A DNA stretch of 64,000 nt, taken from positions 294,934,001-294,998,000 of the forward strand of contig OZ024740.1 in the NCBI GenBank assembly GCA_964016885.1. The letters are read 5' to 3'. Position numbers and translations under genes: made by a program. Position 1 is the first letter of the stretch; each line of letters begins with the position of its first letter. The notes below the pieces were generated by a model. That model was given only the letters and a program-made list of their open reading frames with translations, made no database searches and was not told the origin of the DNA. This document shows positions 9,415 through 21,600 of the stretch, one piece after another. The stretch comes from Eledone cirrhosa. Lineage: Eukaryota.

Positions 9415-11193
9415 ATGGCTAGTGTTCCTCCAGCTAAGAGAAAAGGGAAATTGAACGAAGAAAGGCGAGTGTTTCAAGAAAAGTGGGAATTACAGTATTT
9501 TTGCACAACGGTGAACGGAAAGATACACTGTTTAATTTGCAACAACTGCATCGCCACGCCAAAAGAGTACAATTTGAAAAGGCATTATGAAACGAACCAT
9601 CGATCTTACGATACATATGAAGGCCCAATGCGTGTTTCAAGACTCAAGGAATTGAAGGCTAACTTGACATAGCAACAGACCTGTTTTATGTAAATTCAGG
9701 AAGAGAATGTCGCTTACGTTACTGCAAGTTGTGAATGGGAAATCTTACAGTGAAGGAGATTTTGTAAAGCAATGCCTTGTAAAAACACCTGAAATTGTAT
9801 GTCCAGAGAAAGCACAGTTATTCAAAGACATTTCATTAACCAAGAACACTGTTTCTGAACGGTTTGATGAAGGCTGTATCATCAAGGTTTGAACATTTTT
9901 CTATTGCTATTAATGAGACCGTTGACATCACTGGAATAGCACAGCTTGCATTCTTCATCAGGGCCCGTGACAGTGAATTTAATATTTATGAAGAACTGAT
10001 TGAACTAGTCCCCATGCACCACACTATAACAAACGAGGACATCTTTGAGAAGGTCGAGCAGGCTCTGCATGACTATGGTTTTGATTTGAGTAAACTTGCA
10101 TGCTTATCTACTGACGGTGCTGCGAATATGGTTGGCAGACATAATGGTGTTACTGCCAAGTTACGAACAAAAATAGAAAACTCGCATCCAGATTCATCAT
10201 TTGAACATTTTTGCTGTATTATTCATCAGCAAAATTTGTGTTTTAAAATTGCATCATGTGGTTAGCTTGGTCACAAAGACTGAACTATATCAGAAGTCGT
10301 GCTCTCAAACGCCGCCAGTTCAGCCGTCAGTTCAGCCAGTATATGGATAATCAGTTCACCGATGTTCCATTCTATACAGAAGTCTGCTGGTTGTCATGTC
10401 ACAAAGTGCTGAAAAGATTCTATTTGTTGAGACAAGAAATAATTATGCTTTTGGAGATGAAGAGTCAAAACACCGATGAAATAAAAGATGAAAGTTGACT
10501 CCAAGATCTGGCTTTTGCTGTGGATATTACTGTACAATTAACTGATCTTAATTTGAAATTACAAAGTAAAAACAAACTTATCATTCAGTTGTATGATGAC
10601 ATCAAGTGCTTCATTAGAAAACTAAGCTTATGAAAGTCACAGTTGTCAAATGAAAATTTAGTTCATTTTCCTACGTGTAAAGAGCTGAAAATCACTGCCA
10701 ATACTGATTCTGTACTTAGCTTTGCTAAATATAACAATCACCTGGAATTATTGTCAAAGGAATTTCAGGAAAGATTTTGTGATTTCTCATCTTTTGAATA
10801 TCAGTTTGCATTATTCTCAGCACCATTCACCTTTGATGTTGCCAAGGCAGAAGAAAGCCTGCAGATGGAACAATTGTAAATGCAGTCAGATTTTACACTC
10901 AGAGCAAAGTATCTTGAAGTGGGGATACCTGGTTTCTTTTCATACCTTACTGAAAAGTTAAAAAACTTCAGAAAGTTTGACACAAGCATTATGGCAATGT
11001 TTGATTCTATGTATATGAACAGTTATTTTCCTTCATGAAATTAACAAAAACTTCTCAGAGAACAAGGCTGACTGATCAACACTTGTCATCTCTGATCAAA
11101 GTCGGAACTGTACAGACATTTCAGCCAGACATACCAAAAATTGTCAACAAAAAGAGGTGTCAAGCATCAGGACAAAACACTAAAAGTAGTTGA
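9415..11193 (+). pseudogene. Decayed hAT transposase of the SPIN/Charlie (GTF2IRD2-like) group
   Basis: N-terminal zinc finger (FQEKW..YF...CLIC...KEYNLKRHYETNH), FSIAINETVD (first catalytic D changed to N), STDGAANMVG, CIIHQ (CxxH), EVCWLS, and C-terminal EQLFSFMKLTKTSQRTRLTDQHL. Broken by multiple stops and frameshifts; final TGA at 11191-11193. Confidence 0.92.
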
Positions 11194-11409
11194 ATAGAAG
11201 CAAATAAATGTTCAGTTTTGTAATTTTTGTACAATGTATTTGTTGTTGTTGCAAGCTGCAAGTATGTTGCCACTTAAGATTTTAGTTTTTTGTCAAACCA
11301 CTTCATTACTTTGTATTCATGAATGCTGCTAAAACATTTGTATGTACATTGTATGTTTCTAAATTTAAGTAACAAATTTTTCTCCCATAAATTTTATTAA
11401 ATGACTTTA

Positions 11410-11505
11410 ATTAGTTGTAATGTACACCATTAGTTCTGTGCGGCCCTCAGACAACACATATGTGACCCATGCGGCCCTTTGGGGATCCTTAGTTTGACAT
11501 GACTG
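11410..11505. mobile_element. Right (3') terminus/TIR of the hAT transposon
   Basis: GCGGCCC subterminal motifs and TIR GTTTGACATGACTG ending at 11505, followed by ATATAGAC (11506-11513). Confidence 0.85.
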
Positions 11506-11854
11506 ATATAGACAATACTGATTAGAATAGACCTATCCTTTAAAATTAACTGGTGAGAGAATGAGTATGTTTCAGTCTTATGAGATTTCTTCAGCGAAGC
11601 AATTTCTATTCAGTTAAGACAATGTGGATACACACCTATAGTTACCTGCGTATGCCCACATAAACACCCCCAGATAAGTATACGGTTCTACTTTTGTATA
11701 TACATTCTGGAGGATTGTGTATACAAACATACACAGGCACACATGCAGGTACACAGTCATACACATACACACTTGGCCAAAATCTGTATATGTACATATA
11801 TCTTGGATCTAGCTGGTGTACATGTACTCACATGTAAAACAAAAGGTAAAGGAC

Positions 11855-12207
11855 TCTTAACTTCTGATGGAGTTATATGGGTGCCGTCCTTGGGCATTTT
11901 AAAATCTGGCGAACCCCATTCCTCTCCAGCGCGGAACACAGCTGATTTCTCCCAGAGAAAGACAGAGAGAAAGAGAAAGAAAACAGAGAGAGAGAAACAG
12001 AGAGAGAGATAGAGAGAGAGAGAGAAAGAGAGGGGGGGGGGACAGAAGAACCAAACTCGGATAATAGACTGGTACTTTATTTATCGACACCAAAAGGATG
12101 AAAGGTAAAGTTAATCTCAACGGGATTTGAACACAGCCTGCAGCGAACCGCAAAAATACCGAAGATTTTTTATCCAGCGCCCTAATACCTCTTCCAATTC
12201 GCCACCT
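11855..12207 (-). mobile_element. tRNA-derived SINE, long form (tail + (GA)n + head)
   Basis: Tail ttgggcattttaaaatctggcgaacccc, (GA)n at 11955-12031, body gactggtactttatttatcgac...gggatttgaa, and head cttccaattcgccacct. Confidence 0.8.
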
Positions 12208-12399
12208 TTACATATGCAGGGACATATACTTGCAGTAATAAAAGAAAAGATAAATAAAAAGAATAAAGAAAGCAAGTAAAAGTAAATAAATAAAACCTAA
12301 ACGATATGAATATCAACTATACACATACGGTTGAAATTTATATTCAATATTTTATATTAATCTTCTCATGTGTATATAAGATATAAGTATGTATAGACG

Positions 12400-12685
12400 C
12401 GAAACTCATGATGGTGTTGTAGGGGTGGTGCAGTGGCATATAGCTTGTCTTGGGCACTTAAAACCTGGCAGATCCCATCTACTCTGTAGGTTCTTCTAGA
12501 GAAGGAAAGATTACGAGAGAGAGAGAGGGTGAGAGAGAGAGAGAGAGAGAGGGAGAAGGAGAGAGAGAGAGGGAGAGAGAAGGCAAAGTTGACCTCGTCG
12601 GGTTTTGAACTTAGAGCGGAGAGCCAGAACGAATACAACAAACCATTTTATCTGACGTCTGAATGAGCCTGCCACTCCTCTCACT
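12400..12685 (-). mobile_element. tRNA-derived SINE, long form, whose 5' end runs into the satellite
   Basis: Tail 12400-12510, (GA)n 12515-12580, body aggcaaagttgacctcgtcgggttttgaact, then ctgaatgagcctgcca (compare ctaatcaccctgcca at the 5' end of the 1455-1749 copy). Confidence 0.8.
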
Positions 12686-15600
12686 CTGTCACTCCTCTCA
12701 CTCTGTCACATCTCCACCTCTGTCACTTCTCTCACTCTGTCACATCTCCACCTCTGTCACTTCTCTCACTCTGTCACATCTCCACCTCTGTCACTTCTCT
12801 CACTCTGTCACATCTCCACCTCTGTCACATCTCCACCTCTGTCACTTCTCTCACTCTGTCACATCTCCATCTCTGTCACTTCTCTCACTCTGTCACTTCT
12901 CTCACTCTGTCACATCTCCACCTCTGTCACTTCTCTCACTCTGTCACATCGCCACATCTGTCACTTCTCTCATTCTGTCACATCTCCACCTCTGTCAATT
13001 CTCTCACTCTGTCACATCTCCACCTCTGTCACATCTCCACCTCAGTCACTTCTCTCACTCTGTCACATCTCCATCTCTGCCACTTCTCTCACTCTGTCAC
13101 ATCTCCATCTCTGCCACTTCTCTCACTCTGTCACTTCTCTCACTCTGCCACTTCTCTCACTCTGTCACATCTCTCACTCTGTCACATCTCCACCTCTGTC
13201 ACTTCTCTCACTCTGTCACATCTCCATCTCTGTCACTTCTCTCACTCTGTCACATCTCCATCTCTGCCACTTCTCTCACTCTGTCACATCTCCATCTCTG
13301 TCATTTCTCTCACTCTGTCACATCTCCACCTCTGTCACATCTCCACCTCTGTCACTTCTCTCACTCTGTCACATCTCCACCTCTGTCACATCTCCATCTC
13401 TGTCACTTCTCTCACTCTGTCACATCTCCACCTCTGTCACATCTCCACCTCTGTCACTTCTCTCACTCTGTCACATCTCCACCTCTGTCACATCTCCACC
13501 TCTGTCACTTCTCTCACTCTGTCACATCTCCACCTCTGTCACTTCTCTCACTCTGTCACATCTCCACCTCTGTCACATCTCCACCTCAGTCACTTCTCTC
13601 ACTCTGTCACATCTCCATCTCTGCCACTTCTCTCACTCTGTCAAATCTCCATCTCTGCCACTTCTCTCACTCTGTCACTTCTCTCACTCTGCCACTTCTC
13701 TCACTCTGTCACATCTCTCACTCTGTCACATCTCCACCTCTGTCACTTCTCTCACTCTGTCACATCTCCATCTCTGTCACTTCTCTCACTCTGTCACATC
13801 TCCATCTCTGCCACTTCTCTCACTCTGTCACATCTCCATCTCTGTCACTTCTCTCACTCTGTCACATCTCCACCTCTGTCACATCTCCACCTCTGTCACT
13901 TCTCTCACTCTGTCACATCTCCACCTCTGTCACATCTCCACCTCTGTCACTTCTCTCACTCTGTCACATCTCCACCTCTGTCACTTCTCTCAGTCTGTCA
14001 CATCGCCACATCTGTCACTTCTCTCATTCTGTCACATCTCCACCTCTGTCAATTCTCTCACTCTGTCACATCTCCACCTCTGTCACATCTCCACCTCAGT
14101 CACTTCTCTCACTCTGTCACATCTCCATCTCTGCTACTTCTCTCACTCTGTCACATCTCCATCTCTGCCACTTCTCTCACTCTGTCACTTCTCTCACTCT
14201 GCCACTTCTCTCACTCTGTCACTTCTCTCACTCTGTCACATCTCCACCTCTGTCACTTCTCTCACTCTGTCACATCTCCATCTCTGTCACTTCTCTCACT
14301 CTGTCACATCTCCATCTCTGCCACTTCTCTCACTCTGTCACATCTCCATCTCTGTCACTTCTCTCACTCTGTCACATCTCCACCTCAGTCACATCTCCAC
14401 CTCTGTCACTTCTCTCACTCTGTCACATCTCCACCTCTGTCACATCTCCACCTCTGTCACTTCTCTCACTCTGTCACATCTCCATCTTTGTCACTTCTCT
14501 CACTCTGTCACATCTCCACCTTTGTCACATCTCCACCTCTGTCACTTCTCTCACTCTGTCACATCTCCACCTCTGTCACTTCTCTTACTCCGTCACATCT
14601 CCACCTCTGTCACATCTCCACCTCTGTCACTTCTCTCACTCTGTCACATCTCCATCTCTGTCACTTCTCTCACTCTGTCACATCTCCACCTCTGTCACTT
14701 CTCTCACTCTGTCACATCTCCACCCCTGTCACATCTCTCACTCTGTCACATCTCCACCTCTGTCACATCTCCACTTCTGTCACATCTCCACCTCTGTCAC
14801 TTCTCTCACTCTGTCACATCTCCATCTCTGTCACTTCTCTCACTCTGTCACATCTCTCACTCTGTAACATCTCCACCTCTGTCACTTCTCACACTCTGTC
14901 ACATCTCCACCTCTGTCACATCTCCACTTCTGTCACATCTCCACCTCTGTCACTTCTCTCACTCTGTCACATCTCCATCTCTGTCACTTCTCTCACTCTG
15001 TCACTTCTTTCACTCTGTCACATATCCACCTCTGTTACATCTCTCACTCTGTCATATCTCCACCTCTGCCACTTCTCTCACTCTGTCACATCTCCACCTC
15101 TGTCACTTCTCTCACTCTGTCACATCTCCATCTTTGTCACTTCTCTCATTCTGTCACATCTCCACCTCTGTCACATCTCCACCTCTGTCACTTCTCTCAC
15201 TCTGTCACATCTCCACCTCTGTCACTTCCCTCACTCTGTCACATCTCCACCTCTGTCACTTCCCTCACTCTGTCACATCTCCACCTCTGTCACTTCTCTC
15301 ACTCTGTCACATATCCATCTCTGCCACTTCTCTCACTCTGTCACTTCTCTCACTCTGCCACTTCTCTCACTCTGTCACTTCTCTCACTCTGTCACATCTC
15401 CACCTCTGTCACTTCTCTCACTCTGTCACATCTCCATCTCTGCCACTTCTCTCACTCTGTCACATCTCCATCTCTGTCACTTCTCTCACTCTGTCACATC
15501 TCCACCTCTGTCACATCTCCACCTCTGTCACTTCTCTCACTCTGTCACATCTCCATCTTTGTCACTTCTCTCACTCTGTCACATCTCCACCTCTGTCACA

Positions 15601-18600
15601 TCTCCACCTCTGTCACTTCTCTCACTCTGTCACATCTCCAGCTCTGTCACTTCTCTTACTCTGTCACATCTCCACCTCTGTCACATCTCCACCTCTTTCA
15701 CTTCTCTCACTCTGTCACATCTCCATCTCTGTCACTTCTCTCACTCTGTCACATCTCCACCTCTGTCACTTCTCTCACTCTGTCACATCTCCACCCCTGT
15801 CACATCTCTCACTCTGTCACATCTCCATCTCTGTCACATCTCCACTTCTGTCACATCTCCACCTGTGTCACTTCTCTCACTCTGTCACATCTCCATCTCT
15901 GTCACTTCTCTCACTCTGTCACATCTCTCACTCTGTCACATCTCCACCTCTGTCACTTCTCACACTCTGTCACATCTCCACCTCTGTCACATCTCCACTT
16001 CTGTCACATCTCCACCTCTGTCACTTCTCTCACTCTGTCACATCTCCATCTCTGTCACTTCTCTCACTCTGTCACTTCTCCAGCTCTGCCACTTCTCTCA
16101 CTCTGTCACATATCCACCTCTGTTACATCTCTCACTCTGTCATATCTCCACCTCTGCCACTTCTCTCACTCTGTCACATCTCCACCTCGATCACTTCTCT
16201 CACTCTGTCACATCTCCATCTTTGTCACTTCTCTCATTCTGTCACATCTCCACCTCTGTCACATCTCCACCTCTGTCAATTCTCTCACTCTGTCACATCT
16301 CCACCTCTGTCACATCTCCATCTCTGTCACATCTCTCACTCTGTCACTTCTCTCACTCTGTCACATCGCCACCTCTGTCACTTCTCTCACTCTGTCACAT
16401 CTCCACCTCTATCACATCGCCACCTCTGTGACTTCTCTCACTCTGTCACATCTCCATCTCTGTCACTTCTCTCACTCTGTCACATCTCCACCTCTGTCAC
16501 TTCTCTCACTCTGTCACATCTCCACCTCTGTCACTTCTCTAACTCTGTCACATATCTACCTCTGTCACTTCTCTCACTCTGTCACAGCTCCATCTTTGTC
16601 ACTTCTCTCACTCTGTCACATCTCCACCTCTGTCACTTCTCTCACTCTGTCACATCTCCATCTCTGTCACTTCTCTCACTCTGTCACATCTCCAGCTCTG
16701 CCACTTCTCTCACTCTGTCACATATTCACCTCTGTTACATCTCTCACTCTGTCATATCTCCACCTCTGCCACTTCTCTCACTCTGTCACGACTCCATCTC
16801 TGTCACTTCTCTCACTCTGTCATATCTCCACCTCTGCCACTTCTCTCACTCTGTCACATCTCCATCTCTGTCACTTCTCTCACTCTGTCATATCGCCACC
16901 TCTGCCACTTCTCTCACTCTGTCATATCTCCACCTCTGCCACTTCTCTCACTCTGTCACATATCCACCTCTGTCACTTCTCTCACTCTGTCACATCTCCA
17001 TCTTTGTCACTTCTCTCACTCTGTCACATATCCACCTCTGTCACATCTCCACCTCTGTCACTTCTCTCACTCTGTCACATCTCCACCTCTGTCACTTCTC
17101 TTACACTGTCACATCTCCACCTCTGTCACATCTCCACCTCTGTCACTTCTCTCACTCTGTCACATCTCCATCTCTGTCACTTCTCTCACTCTGTCACATC
17201 TCCAGCTCTGCCACTTCTCTCACTCTGTCACATCTCCATCTCTGTTACTTCTCTCACTCTGTTACATCTCCAGCTCTGCCACTTGTCTCACTCTGTCACA
17301 TATCCACCTCTGTTACATCTCTCACTGTCATATATCCACCTCTGCCACTTCTCTCACTCTGTCACATCTCCACCTCTGTCACTTCTCTCACTCTATCACA
17401 TCTCCACCTCTGTCACTTCACTCACTCTGTCACATCTCCACCTCTGTCACTTCTCTCACTCTGTCACATCTCCACCTCTGTCACATCTCCACCTCTGTCA
17501 CTTCTCTCACTCTGTCACATCTCCATCTCTGTCACTTCTCTCACTCTGTCACTTCTCTCACTCTGTCACATCTCCACCTCTGTCACTTCTCTCACTCTGT
17601 CACATCTCCACCTCTGTCACTTCTCTCACTCTGTCACATCTCCACCTCTGTCACTTCTCTCACTCTGTCACATCTCCACCTCTGTCACATCTCCACCTCT
17701 GTCACTTCTCTCACTCTGTCACATCTCCATCTCTGTCACTTCTCTCACTCTGTCACTTCTCTCACTCTGTCACGTCTCCACCTCTGTCACTTCTCTCACT
17801 CTGTCACATCGCCACATCTGTCACTTCTCTCATTCTGTCACATCTCCACCTCTGTCAATTCTCTCACTCTGTCACATCTCCACCTCTGTCACATCTCCAC
17901 CTCAGTCACTTCTCTCACTCTGTCACATCTCCATCTCTGCCACTTCTCTCACTCTGTCACATCTCCATCTCTGCCACTTCTCTCACTCTGTCACTTCTCT
18001 CACTCTGCCCACTTCTCTCACTCTGTCACATCTCTCACTCTGTCACATCTCCACCTCTGTCACTTCTCTCACTCTGTCACATCTCCATCTCTGTCACTTC
18101 TCTCACTCTGTCACATCTCCATCTCTGCCACTTCTCTCACTCTGTCACATCTCCATCTCTGTCACTTCTCTCACTCTGTCACATCTCCACCTCTGTCACA
18201 TCTCCACCTCTGTCACTTCTCTCACTCTGTCACATCTCCACCTCTGTCACATCTCCATCTCTGTCACTTCTCTCACTCTGTCACATCTCCACCTCTGTCA
18301 CATCTCCACCTCTGTCACTTCTCTCACTCTGTCACATCTCCACCTCTGTCACATCTCCACCTCTGTCACTTCTCTCACTCTGTCACATCTCCACCTCTGT
18401 CACTTCTCTCACTCTGTCACATCTCCACCTCTGTCACATCTCCACCTCAGTCACTTCTCTCACTCTGTCACATCTCCATCTCTGCCACTTCTCTCACTCT
18501 GTCACATCTCCATCTCTGCCACTTCTCTCACTCTGTCACTTCTCTCACTCTGCCACTTCTCTCACTCTGTCACATCTCTCACTCTGTCACATCTCCACCT

Positions 18601-21600
18601 CTGTCACTTCTCTCACTCTGTCACATTTCCATCTCTGTCACTTCTCTCACTCTGTCACATCTCCATCTCTGCCACTTCTCTCACTCTGTCACACCTCCAT
18701 CTCTGTCACTTCTCTCACTCTGTCACATCTCCACCTCTGTCACATCTCCACCTCTGTCACTTCTCTCACTCTGTCACATCTCCACCTCTGTCACATCTCC
18801 ACCTCTGTCACTTCTCTCACTCTGTCACATCTCCACCTCTGTCACTTCTCTCACTCTGTCACATCGCCACATCTGTCACTTCTCTCATTCTGTCACATCT
18901 CCACCTCTGTCAATTCTCTCACTCTGTCACATCTCCACCTCTGTCACATCTCCACCTCAGTCACTTCTCTCACTCTGTCACATCTCCATCTCTGCTACTT
19001 CTCTCACTCTGTCACATCTCCATCTCTGCCACTTCTCTCACTCTGTCACTTCTCTCACTCTGCCACTTCTCTCACTCTGTCACTTCTCTCACTCTGTCAC
19101 ATCTCCACCTCTGTCACTTCTCTCACTCTGTCACATCTCCATCTCTGTCACTTCTCTCACTCTGTCACATCTCCATCTCTGCCACTTCTCTCACTCTGTC
19201 ACATCTCCATCTCTGTCACTTCTCTCACTCTGTCACATCTCCACCTCAGTCACATCTCCACCTCTGTCACTTCTCTCACTCTGTCACATCTCCACCTCTG
19301 TCACATCTCCACCTCTGTCACTTCTCTCACTCTGTCACATCTCCATCTTTGTCACTTCTCTCACTCTGTCACATCTCCACCTTTGTCACATCTCTACCTC
19401 TGTCACTTCTCTCACTCTGTCACATCTCCACCTCTGTCACTTCTCTTACTCCGTCACATCTCCACCTCTGTCACATCTCCACCTCTGTCACTTCTCTCAC
19501 TCTGTCACATCTCCATCTCTTTCACTTCTCTCACTCTGTCACATCTCCACCTCTGTCACTTCTCTCACTCTGTCACATCTCCACCCCTGTCACATCTCTC
19601 ACTCTGTCACATCTCCACCTCTGTCACATCTCCACTTCTGTCACATCTCCACCTCTGTCACTTCTCTCACTCTGTCACATCTCCATCTCTGTCACTTCTC
19701 TCACTCTGTCACATCTCTCACTCTGTAACATCTCCACCTCTGTCACTTCTCACACTCTGTCACATCTCCACCTCTGTCACATCTCCACTTCTGTCACATC
19801 TCCACCTCTGTCACTTCTCTCACTCTGTCACATCTCCATCTCTGTCACTTCTCTCACTCTGTCACTTCTTTCACTCTGTCACATATCCACCTCTGTTACA
19901 TCTCTCACTCTGTCATATCTCCACCTCTGCCACTTCTCTCACTCTGTCACATCTCCACCTCTGTCACTTCTCTCACTCTGTCACATCTCCATCTTTGTTA
20001 CTTCTCTCATTCTGTCACATCTCCACCTCTGTCACATCTCCACCTCTGTCACTTCTCTCACTCTGTCACATCTCCACCTCTGTCACTTCCCTCACTCTGT
20101 CACATCTCCACCTCTGTCACTTCCCTCACTCAGTCACATCTCCACCTCTGTCACTTCTCTCACTCTGTCACATATCCATCTCTGCCACTTCTCTCACTCT
20201 GTCACTTCTCTCACTCTGCCACTTCTCTCACTCTGTCACTTCTCTCACTCTGTGACATCTCCACCTCTGTCACTTCTCTCACTCTGTCACATCTCCATCT
20301 CTGCCACTTCTCTCACTCTGTCACATCTCCATCTCTGTCACTTCTACCACTCTGTCACATCTCCACCTCTGTCACATCTCCACCTCTGTTACTTCTCTCA
20401 CTCTGTCACATCTCCATCTTTGTCACTTCTCTCACTCTGTCACATCTCCACCTCTGTCACATCTCCACCTCTGTCACTTCTCTCACTCTGTCACATCTCC
20501 ACCTCTGTCACTTCTCTTACTCTGTCACATCTCCACCTCTGTCACATCTCCACCTCTGTCACTTCTCTCACTCTGTCACATCTCCACCTCTGTCACTTCT
20601 CTCACTCTGTCACATCTCCACCCCTGTCACATCTCTCACTCTGTCACATCTCCATCTCTGTCACATCTCCACTTCTGTCACATCTCCACCTGTGTCACTT
20701 CTCTCACTCTGTCACATCTCCATCTCTGTCACTTCTCTCACTCTGTCACATCTCTCACTCTGTCACATCTCCACCTCTGTCACTTCTCACACTCTGTCAC
20801 ATCTCCACCTCTGTCACATCTCCACTTCTGTCACATCTCCACCTCTGTCACTTCTCTCACTCTGTCACATCTCCATCTCTGTCACTTCTCTCACTCTGTC
20901 ACTTCTCCAGCTCTGCCACTTCTCTCACTCTGTCACATATCCACCTCTGTTACATCTCTCACTCTGTCATATCTCCACCTCTGCCACTTCTCTCACTCTG
21001 TCACATCTCCACCTCGATCACTTCTCTCACTCTGTCACATCTCCATCTTTGTCACTTCTCTCATTCTGTCACATCTCCACCTCTGTCACATCTCCACCTC
21101 TGTCAATTCTCTCACTCTGTCACATCTCCACCTCTGTCACATCTCCATCTCTGTCACATCTCTCACTCTGTCACTTCTCTCACTCTGTCACATCGCCACC
21201 TCTGTCACATCTCTCACTCTGTCACATCTCCACCTCTATCACATCGCCACCTCTGTGACTTCTCTCACTCTGTCACATCTCCATCTCTGTCACTTCTCTC
21301 ACTCTGTCACATCTCCACCTCTGTCACTTCTCTCACTCTGTCACATCTCCACCTCTGTCACTTCTCTAACTCTGTCACATATCTACCTCTGTCACTTCTC
21401 TCACTCTGTCACAGCTCCATCTTTGTCACTTCTCTCACTCTGTCACATCTCCACCTCTGTCACTTCTCTCACTCTGTCACATCTCCATCTCTGTCACTTC
21501 TCTCACTCTGTCACATCTCCAGCTCTGCCACTTCTCTCACTCTGTCACATATTCACCTCTGTTACATCTCTCACTCTGTCATATCTCCACCTCTGCCACT

